Below, piece after piece: positions 30,983 to 40,095 of a stretch of 64,000 nt of DNA. A program made the position numbers and the translations under genes. The first letter of the stretch is position 1, and every line of letters begins with the position of its first letter. The DNA comes from Rubripirellula sp. GTDB lineage: Bacteria; Planctomycetota; Planctomycetia; Pirellulales; Pirellulaceae. Below the pieces are notes generated by a model that saw only the letters and a program-made list of their open reading frames with translations, made no database searches and was not told the DNA's origin. The stretch covers positions 5,344,001 to 5,408,000 of the forward strand of contig OZ244207.1 in NCBI GenBank assembly GCA_965216875.1. Direction: 5' to 3'.

Positions 30983-31570
30983 ATGACCACTAAAACGGTC
31001 TTCACGACAGGCGAAGCGGCCAAGATTTGTAAGGTAAGCCAGCAGACGATCATTCGTTGTTTCGACAACGGGTCGCTCAAGGGCTTCCGCGTGCCCGGGA
31101 GTAAATTCCGACGAATCCCACGTGAACAGTTGTATCTGTTCATGAAGGACAACGGGATTCCAACCGACGCGTTGGAAAGTGGCAAGAAAAAGCTGCTTAT
31201 CGTCGACGACGATCAAGACTTGGTTGATTTGATCCAGGACGGATTCGAGCGCGATGGGCGCTTTGATATCCGTACGGCGAACAACGGATTTGATGCCGGA
31301 ATGGGCGTCAAAGAGTTCCGCCCCGACCTGGTGATTCTCGATGTGATGCTTCCCGATATTAACGGGAAAGAGGTTTGCCAACGCGTACGAAGCGATCCCG
31401 CTTTGGACATGGTCAAAATCCTCTGCATCTCCGGTATGGTCGAACACAACAAAGTCGATGCCTTGAAGGCAGCCGGCGCGAACGATTTCATGCAGAAACC
31501 GTTTGCGATCGAAGACTTGATTGTTCGCTCGTGCGATTTGTTGGAGATTGAACGCAGCGTGGTCGGCTAG
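30983..31570 (+). CDS. Response regulator with N-terminal excisionase/MerR-like HTH
   Basis: VFTTGEAAKICKVSQQTIIRCFD HTH; receiver domain LIVDDD...ILDVMLP...KPF; GGGAGG upstream. Confidence 0.9.
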   Translation: MTTKTVFTTGEAAKICKVSQQTIIRCFDNGSLKGFRVPGSKFRRIPREQLYLFMKDNGIPTDALESGKKKLLIVDDDQDLVDLIQDGFERDGRFDIRTANNGFDAGMGVKEFRPDLVILDVMLPDINGKEVCQRVRSDPALDMVKILCISGMVEHNKVDALKAAGANDFMQKPFAIEDLIVRSCDLLEIERSVVG

Positions 31571-31661
31571 CGTGTCCGGCGAAGCGTCACTCTCGGGACG
31601 CAATCTCGTTCCGAAGTTGGCTCATCCAGTGCAGACCGTTTCGGCCAGGAGGCTCGAATTG

Positions 31662-32996
31662 ATGGGATTGCTACCCTGTCTGCGCCGCGGTGCCGATCGG
31701 TGGTGGCTTCCTGCGTCTTCGACAGCAACCGACGCGATCGGACAAGTGATGCTTGCCGCCGGTCGCTCGGTCGATCGCGGCGATGTTCGCCGGGATGTTG
31801 GATCAGGTCACGCCACGACTGCAAGTCATGATGGGGCGACCGCGCTCGATGATCGAACGCGGGACACGCTCGTTGCTGCACTCGCGGCCGATCCTCCGCT
31901 CTTGATCTACGCTGCGCTCGGTTGGCCGGGTGACCATGCTGACCTCTGCGAACTCGCGGAGTGGTTCGCGGAAAATGCGATCAGTCGCTTTGCCAGTGGC
32001 GACGCATTTCTTCATGCGCCCGAGATCACTCAAGCACAACGACAACGTTTTGCGGAGCTTGACGATCACTTTCGCACACTTCCCGTCCATCGTTGGATCG
32101 AGAACGCCTCGTTGTGGCTCGAGGTGTTGGGGCCAAAGGTGCCGTCAAGCTGGAGCGAGCAGTGGCCGGAACTGTCGCCTGAACTTCCGGCGCAATCGGT
32201 GACGCGCGATGGCAACATGCTTCAACAGCTCGCCCGGACGATGCAGCGATTGCAATCACTCGAGCGATCGTTTGACGGGCGGCTCCACAAAAGCAAACTC
32301 GGCGCGCTCAAACAACTTGCGTATGGATTGAGTCACGAGATCAATAATCCGCTCGCCAACATCTCCACACGTGCTCAGCAATTGCAGCGCACCGAGGAGG
32401 ATGCGACGCGACACGCGATTTTGCAGCGGATTGTCGACCAGGTCTATCGCGCTCACGAGATGATCGCGGACTTGATGTTTTATGCAAACCCGCCCGCTGC
32501 GACACGCCAGCGCTGTGATCTCAATGGCACGCTTGCTGAAGTCGCCGACAAATTCCGTGAGGAATCGGAGCGGCAAGCGATTCGATTGGAAGTCAAAGCA
32601 CCAAGCCAGCCGACCATGGCCGTGATTGACGAAAGCATGATCGCCGAGGCGCTCTCGGCATTGGTGCGAAACTCGATCGACGCGATCGGTTGCGAAGGCA
32701 CCATCGTCGTCTCGTTGGTTCGCCATGAAGCTGAATCCGTTGGCGATACCGATGCCGGCAGCGAGCGTGGTGGCCAAATCATGATCCATGTCGCTGACAG
32801 TGGGCCGGGGTTATCAGATCACGCCCGCGCCCACGCATTTGATCCCTACTTCAGTGGTCGCGAAGCGGGTCGCGGGCTCGGTCTGGGACTGTGTCGCGCC
32901 TACCGCATCGCCAAACTACATTTCGGCGACGTCACGCTCGCGGGCGGCCCCATCGGCTGCGTCGCAACGATCACGCTCAACGATTTCTCTCGGTAG
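31662..32996 (+). CDS. Cytoplasmic sensor histidine kinase
   Basis: H-box SHEINNPL, N-box LVRNSIDA, DSGPG, FDPYFS, GLGLGL; AGGAGG upstream. Confidence 0.88.
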   Translation: MGLLPCLRRGADRWWLPASSTATDAIGQVMLAAGRSVDRGDVRRDVGSGHATTASHDGATALDDRTRDTLVAALAADPPLLIYAALGWPGDHADLCELAEWFAENAISRFASGDAFLHAPEITQAQRQRFAELDDHFRTLPVHRWIENASLWLEVLGPKVPSSWSEQWPELSPELPAQSVTRDGNMLQQLARTMQRLQSLERSFDGRLHKSKLGALKQLAYGLSHEINNPLANISTRAQQLQRTEEDATRHAILQRIVDQVYRAHEMIADLMFYANPPAATRQRCDLNGTLAEVADKFREESERQAIRLEVKAPSQPTMAVIDESMIAEALSALVRNSIDAIGCEGTIVVSLVRHEAESVGDTDAGSERGGQIMIHVADSGPGLSDHARAHAFDPYFSGREAGRGLGLGLCRAYRIAKLHFGDVTLAGGPIGCVATITLNDFSR

Positions 32997-33000
32997 GTCG

Positions 33001-33264
33001 GTAGGCCGGATCAAGGAGCGACAGCGACACAGATCCGGCATGATCCTAGAAAACCACGCGACGCGTGCCAAAGGGGGCCAAACCCTCAGCGGCTTTCTTG
33101 TTGACAACAGATTGCAAGGGCCAAGGTTGCAAGGACCCAGATTGCCAGGGCCCGACGCTAGCGCGTTCGGCTCACTGAATGCGAGAAGATTCCGGCTAAA
33201 GCTCGGTACTACGAACTTGAGACCAGCGCTGTGCGAGGGCCCGACGCTAGCGCGTTCGGCTCAC
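33001..33264. repeat. Composite REP-like cluster (families A, E, B, E) with a 15-bp tandem repeat
   Basis: GTAGGCCGGATCAAGG...AGATCCGGC 33001-33039; three 15-mers 33109-33153; GGGCCCGACGCTAGCGCGTTCGGCTCAC at 33148 and 33237; family B arm 33185-33216. Confidence 0.8.
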
Positions 33265-33386
33265 GACCTCTCTGCGGAAGGCGACTATCGAAAAAGGATG
33301 GAATCCCCGATACTGTTGGGCTTGCTATTTCACCCCCAGCGTGGGGACCTTTTTCGACAACACTCAACCCGACAGACAGCTGCATC

Positions 33387-34892
33387 ATGCTCGATTCCGC
33401 GTCGGAACTGCTGCGACTCCAAGCAGACGGCGAAGCATCGGCGGTCGAAATCGCGACCAAGGCACTCGACGCCATCGAAGCGTCCGAGCCTTCGATCAAC
33501 GCCTTCACTCATATCGATCGCGAGCGTGCGATGGCGATGGCCGAAGCGGTCGACGCAAAACGCAAAGCGGGCCAGAAACTTGGTCCGCTCGCGGGTGTCC
33601 CGATCGCCGTCAAAGATGTCCTTTGTACCAAGGACATGCCAACGACCTGTTCGTCAAACATGCTTCGCAATTTCAACCCACCGTACGACGCGACGGTGAT
33701 CGAGAAGCTTCGTGATGCCGATGCCGTGATCGTTGGTAAAACGAACATGGACGAGTTCGCGATGGGTGCCAGTACCGAAACAAGCGCGTTCGGTGTGACC
33801 CGCAATCCATGGGATACCGACCGCACGCCGGGTGGCAGCAGCGGTGGCGCAGCAGCCTGTGTCGCATCGGGAAACGTCCCACTGAGCCTCGGCACCGACA
33901 CGGGTGGTTCGATTCGACAACCCTCGGCGTTCTGTGGCATCACCGGAATGAAACCAACCTACGGCCGAGTCAGCCGGTTCGGGTTGGTCGCGTTCGCAAG
34001 CAGCCTCGACCAAGTCGGCCCGATGGGATGGTCGGTCGAAGACGTCGCGCTCTTACTCGAGACGATCGCTGGCTTTGAGCCTCGTGATTCAACCTCGCTC
34101 GATGTCGACGTCCCAAGCTACACCTCCGCAATCCAAACCAATGATTTGCGTGGGATTCGAATCGGTGTGCTTCGCGAATCACTCGATACCGAAGGGGTCG
34201 ACGATTCGATCCGTAATGCAGTCCTTGAATCGATCGATGTTTACAAAAGTCTGGGCGCCGAAATCGTCGACGTCGATCTGCCTCATCGCGAGTACTGGGT
34301 GCCAACCTACTACGTGATCGCACCGAGTGAAGCGAGTAGCAACCTTTCACGCTACGACGGCGCTCACTACGGGCATCGCACCGCCGACCTCGATCGCCCC
34401 TGCGTCATCACAAAAAAGGGCGACGAAAACCACGGCCCGCTGGTCACCGCCTACTGCCGCAGCCGCGATGAAGGTTTCGGCGCCGAAGTGAAACGCCGCA
34501 TCATGGTCGGCACCTACGCGCTAAGTGAAGGGTACGCTGACCAATACTACAACCAAGCCTTGAAAGTCCGCCGGTTGATCAAGGGCGACTTCGATGCCGC
34601 CTTCAGTCAAGCCGACTTGTTGCTTGGCCCCGTCACTCCGACCCCAGCCTTCAAACTGGGTGAAAAGATCGACGACCCGATTCAAATGTTCCTTTGCGAC
34701 CTGTTCACTGTCGGCGCGAACCTGAGTGGGATCCCTGCGATCTCGCTGCCCGCTGGCGTGAACGAACAAGGTTTGCCCATCGGCATTCAACTGCAAGCAC
34801 CGGCGCTCGAAGAATCGCGATTGCTTTTTGCCGGCGCCGCCTATCAATCCAGCACTGACCATCACCAACGACGCCCGTCTGACAAGAAATAG
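33387..34892 (+). CDS. gatA: Asp/Glu-tRNA amidotransferase subunit A
   Basis: GVPIAVKD, GKTNMDEFAMG, PGGSSGG, GTDTGGSIRQP, SNLSRYDG, EVKRRIMVG. Confidence 0.96.
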   Translation: MLDSASELLRLQADGEASAVEIATKALDAIEASEPSINAFTHIDRERAMAMAEAVDAKRKAGQKLGPLAGVPIAVKDVLCTKDMPTTCSSNMLRNFNPPYDATVIEKLRDADAVIVGKTNMDEFAMGASTETSAFGVTRNPWDTDRTPGGSSGGAAACVASGNVPLSLGTDTGGSIRQPSAFCGITGMKPTYGRVSRFGLVAFASSLDQVGPMGWSVEDVALLLETIAGFEPRDSTSLDVDVPSYTSAIQTNDLRGIRIGVLRESLDTEGVDDSIRNAVLESIDVYKSLGAEIVDVDLPHREYWVPTYYVIAPSEASSNLSRYDGAHYGHRTADLDRPCVITKKGDENHGPLVTAYCRSRDEGFGAEVKRRIMVGTYALSEGYADQYYNQALKVRRLIKGDFDAAFSQADLLLGPVTPTPAFKLGEKIDDPIQMFLCDLFTVGANLSGIPAISLPAGVNEQGLPIGIQLQAPALEESRLLFAGAAYQSSTDHHQRRPSDKK

Positions 34893-34901
34893 TTTGCTCT
34901 C

Positions 34902-36380
34902 ATGACCACTGCAGCTCCAACTACGGAAACGATCATCGGTCTTGAAGTGCACGTGCAACTGAAGACCGCTACCAAACTCTTTTGCGGATGCAGCACCAAG
35001 TTTGGCGCTCCGCCAAACACTCAGGTGTGCCCCGTCTGTTTGGGCCTCCCCGGTGCGCTTCCTGTGCTAAACGAAGGCGCGATCGACCTTGCCATTCGCA
35101 CCGGATTGGCAATCAACTGCTCGATTCCACCGCTAACCAAGTGGGACCGCAAGCAGTACTTCTATCCCGACCTACCGAAGGGATATCAGATCTCGCAGTT
35201 CGACCTGCCAATCTGCGCGGATGGCTATTTGGACATCGCCGATCCAGAAGACCCCGACCAAACACGTCGCATCGGAATCACTCGAGCACACCTCGAAGAA
35301 GATGCGGGCAAAAGCATGCACGACGAAACCGCAGGCGTTGCCGAATCACGCATCGACCTGAACCGTTGCGGCACACCTCTGCTTGAAATCGTTAGTGAAC
35401 CTGACATGCGTTCGCCTGCCGAAGCGCAAGCCTATTTGACGAAGCTGAAAGCGCTGCTGACTCACATGGATGTTTCCGATTGCGAAATGCAAGAAGGCAG
35501 CTTGCGTGTCGATGCAAACGTGAACCTGCACATTCACAAAGATGGCGCGAAAATTGCCACGCCGATCGCTGAAATCAAAAACATGAACAGCTTCCGTGCT
35601 GTGGAAGCCGCACTCCACCACGAAGTCGACCGTCAATTCGATGAATGGGAAAAGACGGGTCGAACCATCAAGGACGATCCCAAGACGACACGCGGTTGGG
35701 ACGAAGCGAAAGAGGAAACCTTCCTGCAACGCACGAAAGAAGAATCGGCTGACTATCGATACTTTCCCGATCCCGACTTGTTGCCCGTTCGCATCCCGAC
35801 CGAACGTGTCGACAGAATCCGAGCAACTTTGGGCGAGTCTCCCGAAGCAACACGCGAAAGATTTCAGTCGCAATTTGGCATCAAGGCTTACGACGCTGAT
35901 GTGATTGTGACGCAGGGGCGCGCCATGATCGACTACTTCGAAACGGTGGTCGAAGTGTGCGGGGATGGCAAACGAGCCAGTTCGTGGATCCAGCAAGATG
36001 TGATGCGGACGATCAACGATCGCCAAATCGACATCGCCGATTTTCCCGTACCTGCTGACCAATTGGGTGACCTGCTCAAGCGAGTCGCCGGCGGTGATTT
36101 GGACAACGCTCGGGCGCGTGACGTCTTGGCACACATGCTGGACAATCCCACCACCGTCGAAGCAGCGATCAAGACGCTTGGTATCGAATCGGTCGGCGGT
36201 GACGAGTTGGAAACGTTGTGTCAAGAATTGCTCGACGCCAACCCGAAAGTGGTTGAAGACGTCCAGGGTGGCAAAATGCAAGCGGTCGGAGCCCTCATCG
36301 GCCAAGCTCGTAAGAAGAACCCGAACGCAAACCCGCAACAGGTTCGCGAAACGTTGTTGCGACTGATTCAATCCGCATAG
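34902..36380 (+). CDS. gatB: Asp/Glu-tRNA amidotransferase subunit B
   Basis: IGLEVHVQL, CPVCLGLPGALP, YFYPDLPKGYQISQ, HLEEDAGK, DYRYFPDPDL. Confidence 0.97.
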   Translation: MTTAAPTTETIIGLEVHVQLKTATKLFCGCSTKFGAPPNTQVCPVCLGLPGALPVLNEGAIDLAIRTGLAINCSIPPLTKWDRKQYFYPDLPKGYQISQFDLPICADGYLDIADPEDPDQTRRIGITRAHLEEDAGKSMHDETAGVAESRIDLNRCGTPLLEIVSEPDMRSPAEAQAYLTKLKALLTHMDVSDCEMQEGSLRVDANVNLHIHKDGAKIATPIAEIKNMNSFRAVEAALHHEVDRQFDEWEKTGRTIKDDPKTTRGWDEAKEETFLQRTKEESADYRYFPDPDLLPVRIPTERVDRIRATLGESPEATRERFQSQFGIKAYDADVIVTQGRAMIDYFETVVEVCGDGKRASSWIQQDVMRTINDRQIDIADFPVPADQLGDLLKRVAGGDLDNARARDVLAHMLDNPTTVEAAIKTLGIESVGGDELETLCQELLDANPKVVEDVQGGKMQAVGALIGQARKKNPNANPQQVRETLLRLIQSA

Positions 36381-36432
36381 CGTCCCGCTCGGTCGCCGTT
36401 CGGATCAAACATGCAGGAAGTCTGCATCAAGG

Positions 36433-36930
36433 ATGCCTCGGATGGCTGACGCTTCGAACGACCAACCCAAACGCCCCGACTATTTCTTTGGCACGATCTG
36501 CGCGCTCGTGGTCGTCATCGTCGTTTGGTTGCTGCTGATGCCGATCGTGCCTGCGATCGCCAAATCAACGCTGCGGCGTTTTCACCTACGCACTGAGTCC
36601 TTCGGCGTTTGGGCGATTCAACAGCCGATTCCTTCGATGTACAACTTCGCCAATCGCTACGAAGTTCGCCGCGTGCCGCCCGATTTTGAAGCGGCTGGAT
36701 TCTTCCAGCCCATCATCGAAGAAGATCATCGTCGCTACGTGAATCATTTCCCGACGCGGATCTTCACCTTCGCCAACACGCGCGGGTACTACCTCAACTT
36801 CAATGAAGATCGGTGGTTGCACATTGATTCAACGTACCGCGGCCAAACGATCCAGACGGTGATCCATGCCAAGCAGCGCGACGATGGTGGTTTCGACTTG
36901 GTCTTTTCGGACGGGGAAGCATCGAAATGA
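36433..36930 (+). CDS. Hypothetical single-TM protein
   Basis: N-terminal TM segment followed by an aromatic-rich domain; ATGA overlap with the next gene. Confidence 0.6.
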   Translation: MPRMADASNDQPKRPDYFFGTICALVVVIVVWLLLMPIVPAIAKSTLRRFHLRTESFGVWAIQQPIPSMYNFANRYEVRRVPPDFEAAGFFQPIIEEDHRRYVNHFPTRIFTFANTRGYYLNFNEDRWLHIDSTYRGQTIQTVIHAKQRDDGGFDLVFSDGEASK

Positions 36931-37781
36931 GCGCCCCCGAAGAATCGATTGACCAGGAAACGCCGATCTGGCAACGACCGATCAACCGTCTGATGATCGC
37001 TCACCGCGTCGTCCAACTAGGCATCCTGTTGACGCTCGTTTGGAAGTGGGGCTACTTCGTCGACTCGAGTGACATCTACGAAGCGATCCCGCTGCACGAT
37101 ACGTTCTTTCCGACTTGGTTGCAGTCGATTTGGGTGTTGCGAATCAGTTTTTTGGGAACGGTCATCGCCCTGGCGGTCAATCTGTTCGTCGGTGATCGCT
37201 GGTTCCAAAAAGCATGTTGCCTGCTAACACTCATCGGGACATCGATCCTGTGTCTGCACCAATGCAGCTACAACGACATGACCTTTGTCACAGCATGGTG
37301 GGCCAGTCTGTGGGCGTTTTGGTTCGTGTTACGAATCGACATCGATGACGAAGATCATTTGTTGCGACGGAGTGCATTCCTTAGTCGGCTGATCATCTCC
37401 ATGATCCTACTTGGCGGAGGAATGGGTAAATGGACCGCCGAATATTGGTCGGGGGAAGTCTTTTATGACATCTACTTCCTCGACCGTGATTTCTGGGTCT
37501 TCAATTACTTGCGAGAGAACTTCGAGGCCGAGCAGTTGCGGACGATGTCGATGTGGTACAGCCGCAAAGTGGTGGTGCTCGAGACAGTTGCCGGACTCAC
37601 ACTCTGGCTGCTGCCACCAAAGTGGGCCGCCGCCACCGCCGTCACCATCCTGATGGGCATCGCGCTACTCTCCAACTTCCTCCTCTTCTCCGTCCTCAAC
37701 GCCCTCATCGGATTGGCATTGGTCGGGTTCTTGGTGCAGAAGAAGGGAACCACGAATCAAACGAATCGCACGAATAGCTAA
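36927..37781 (+). CDS. Polytopic membrane protein, HTTM-like
   Basis: About 7 TM segments; GGMGKWTAEYWSGE resembles the HTTM 'G..K....W..G' motif. Confidence 0.55.
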   Translation: MSAPEESIDQETPIWQRPINRLMIAHRVVQLGILLTLVWKWGYFVDSSDIYEAIPLHDTFFPTWLQSIWVLRISFLGTVIALAVNLFVGDRWFQKACCLLTLIGTSILCLHQCSYNDMTFVTAWWASLWAFWFVLRIDIDDEDHLLRRSAFLSRLIISMILLGGGMGKWTAEYWSGEVFYDIYFLDRDFWVFNYLRENFEAEQLRTMSMWYSRKVVVLETVAGLTLWLLPPKWAAATAVTILMGIALLSNFLLFSVLNALIGLALVGFLVQKKGTTNQTNRTNS

Positions 37782-38341
37782 TTGCTATCAATCGTTCGAA
37801 TTGGTTTTTCGTGGTTCATATCTACTCATACGGGAACCATCACCCCAAAATTGGTCATGTCATTGACACGAACAAAGGGGCAATCGATGACCAACATTCT
37901 TTACAAAGAAGAAAGCTACGCGATTATCGGCGGCTGTTTCGAAGTCTACAACGAAATGGGCAGCGGCTATCTCGAAGCCGTGTATCACGAGTGCCTTCGG
38001 CTCGAGTTCTTTTCTCGACGAGTCCCGTTTGAGTCAAAGCTACGACTCAACTTGCGTTACAAGTCTCAGGCTCTCGAGTCGTACTACATTCCTGACTTTG
38101 CCTGTTACGATCAGATCATTCTTGAGATCAAGGCGCAATCGGGGCTGACTGATATCGACCGCGCTCAAATCCACAACTACTTGAAAGGAACGGGAGCCCG
38201 GCTAGGGTTACTCGTCAACTTTGGTTCTCACCCGAAGCTGCAATATGAGCGAATCGTACGGTAGGTAGAAGACGCGACGAGTCAAACGAATAACACGAAT
38301 CGATCAACTCATTCGTTCAATTCGTGTGATTCGTGGTTCCC
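37745..38341. mobile_element. Putative GxxExxY nuclease cassette bounded by 31-bp inverted repeats
   Basis: Left arm GGGAACCACGAATCAAACGAATCGCACGAAT (37745-37775); right arm reverse complement GGGAACCACGAATCACACGAATTGAACGAAT (38311-38341); 28/31 identical. Confidence 0.55.
37887..38264 (+). CDS. GxxExxY protein (PD-(D/E)XK nuclease family)
   Basis: GYLEAVY (GxxExxY), PD...EIK, QIHNY, GLLVNFG. Confidence 0.92.
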   Translation: MTNILYKEESYAIIGGCFEVYNEMGSGYLEAVYHECLRLEFFSRRVPFESKLRLNLRYKSQALESYYIPDFACYDQIILEIKAQSGLTDIDRAQIHNYLKGTGARLGLLVNFGSHPKLQYERIVR

Positions 38342-38353
38342 TCGCTCCGCTTT

Positions 38354-38941
38354 CTAAAGCACGCCTTTGGTGCTTGGTACGGCGTCGCTTCGCGGGTCGC
38401 TTTCGGCGGCCATTCGGATTGCTCGGGCGAGTGCCTTGAAGACACATTCCGAGATGTGGTGCGCGTTGCGTCCGTGGTGGAGGACGACGTGCACGTTGGA
38501 CATCGAGTTGGCTGCGAAGGATTGCCAAAAGTGCTCGACAAGTTCGCTATCGAACGTGCCGATCTTTGCGGGACCAATCGGTGCGTGATACTCAAACGCG
38601 TAGCGTCCGCCGAGGTCAACCGCGGCGGTCACGAGGCATTCATCCATCGGCAAGGTAAAGTGCCCGTAGCGACGAATCCCAGCTCGGTCGCCAAGTGCCT
38701 CGAGGACTGCTTGACCGAGCGCAATGCCGATGTCTTCGGTGGTGTGGTGATCATCAACGTGCAAATCGCCGACCGCTTTGACGTCGAGGTCAATCAGTGC
38801 GTGTTTGGCCAACAGATCGAGCATGTGGTCGAGGAACCCGATGCCTGAATCGCGTTTGCCGTTTCCTTGACCATCCAGATTGACGGTCAATTGAATGTCA
38901 GTCTCGCCAGTCTTTCGATTGATCGTTGCAGATCGCGTCAT
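38354..38941 (-). CDS. hisB: Imidazoleglycerol-phosphate dehydratase
   Basis: RKTGETDI, GFLDHML, DDHHTTED, PMDE, NAHHISE, PSTKG. Confidence 0.97.
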   Translation of the reverse strand: MTRSATINRKTGETDIQLTVNLDGQGNGKRDSGIGFLDHMLDLLAKHALIDLDVKAVGDLHVDDHHTTEDIGIALGQAVLEALGDRAGIRRYGHFTLPMDECLVTAAVDLGGRYAFEYHAPIGPAKIGTFDSELVEHFWQSFAANSMSNVHVVLHHGRNAHHISECVFKALARAIRMAAESDPRSDAVPSTKGVL

Positions 38942-38973
38942 GAGGGAATTATCGATTGCGTGAAGTGTGCAGG

Positions 38974-40065
38974 TTACTTGAGCGCTGATTCGATCATCAG
39001 CAGGCAGGCATCGATCTGGTCGTCGGTCCCAACGGAAATCCGCAGACCATCGCCCCAGTCGGGGAATTTCATATATCGAACCAAAATCTGGTTCGCCTTC
39101 AACGATTCGTAGATCGCTTCATGATTGCCATTGGGATGCTGGCACCAAACAAAGTTAGCGTGCGATGGCGTGACGTCAAAACCTAGTTTGCTTAAACCGC
39201 TCGCCAAGCGATCTCGCGTCGCATTCATCTTTTGCCGAACATCGGCAAGCCAAGTCTGGCAGCCCATCGCGGCTGTTGCGGCAGCGATCGAGATCCCATC
39301 GCAGTTGTAGCTGTCCTTGATCTTGGCAAGCTCGGCGACCACATGCGGCTGGGCGACTAAGAAACCAAAACGAATCCCCGCGAGTCCGTACGACTTGCTG
39401 AGCGTTCGCGTCACCATCACCCGCTCGTTCTGCTTGACCAGATCGAGGCAGTTTTCTTCAGCAAAGTCGACGTAGGCTTCGTCCACAACAAGCGGGCAGG
39501 TCAATCGATCGGCGACCTGAGCCACTTCGTCGGGCGGCACGATCGTTCCACTGGGACTGTTTGGATTGGGCAGCAACACCAACCGTACATCCTCGTCCGC
39601 TTCGCCGAATGCCTGCGGTAGTTTCCAGCCAGGTTCAAACTCAACCTGCTCCCAGCCCGCACCCTGAATGTCGGCAAGGGTTCGGTAGAGAATGTAACTG
39701 GGGTAGGGCAGCCTTAGCCGTTTGCCTTCGCCGACAAACCCGCGCACAAGGATCGTCAGGATTTCATCGCTTCCGTTGCCAGCCAAAATCCATTCCGGGC
39801 CTGGCAAACCGAGCGTCTCGGCGGCCTGATGCCGAAAGGCGGTTGCGACAGGATCGGGGTAGCGGTTGAGCGGCCCGGCGGCTGCGTCGCGAATCGCCGC
39901 GACCACTTCGGGCGGCGGCGGGTAAGGGTTTTCGTTCGTATTCAGCTTGATGAACTTGCCCGGCGGCGGTTGTTCACCGGGCGCGTAGGCAAGCATCTTG
40001 GAAAGCGCCGGGCGCATCAATTCACGCATCGAAGGCGCTGCTGGTTTTTCTTCAGACGTGGTCAA
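38974..40065 (-). CDS. hisC: Histidinol-phosphate aminotransferase
   Basis: KLNTNENPY, RYPDP, GNGSDE, NPNSPSG, DEAY, RTLSKSYGLAGIR. Confidence 0.95.
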   Translation of the reverse strand: MTTSEEKPAAPSMRELMRPALSKMLAYAPGEQPPPGKFIKLNTNENPYPPPPEVVAAIRDAAAGPLNRYPDPVATAFRHQAAETLGLPGPEWILAGNGSDEILTILVRGFVGEGKRLRLPYPSYILYRTLADIQGAGWEQVEFEPGWKLPQAFGEADEDVRLVLLPNPNSPSGTIVPPDEVAQVADRLTCPLVVDEAYVDFAEENCLDLVKQNERVMVTRTLSKSYGLAGIRFGFLVAQPHVVAELAKIKDSYNCDGISIAAATAAMGCQTWLADVRQKMNATRDRLASGLSKLGFDVTPSHANFVWCQHPNGNHEAIYESLKANQILVRYMKFPDWGDGLRISVGTDDQIDACLLMIESALK

Positions 40066-40095
40066 CGGAAACTACTCGAAACAAACGTTGTTCGG

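Noticed and set aside
32788..33699. 303-aa ORF spanning the repeat cluster
   Set aside because: It overlaps the histidine kinase and gatA out of frame and merely translates repeat DNA.
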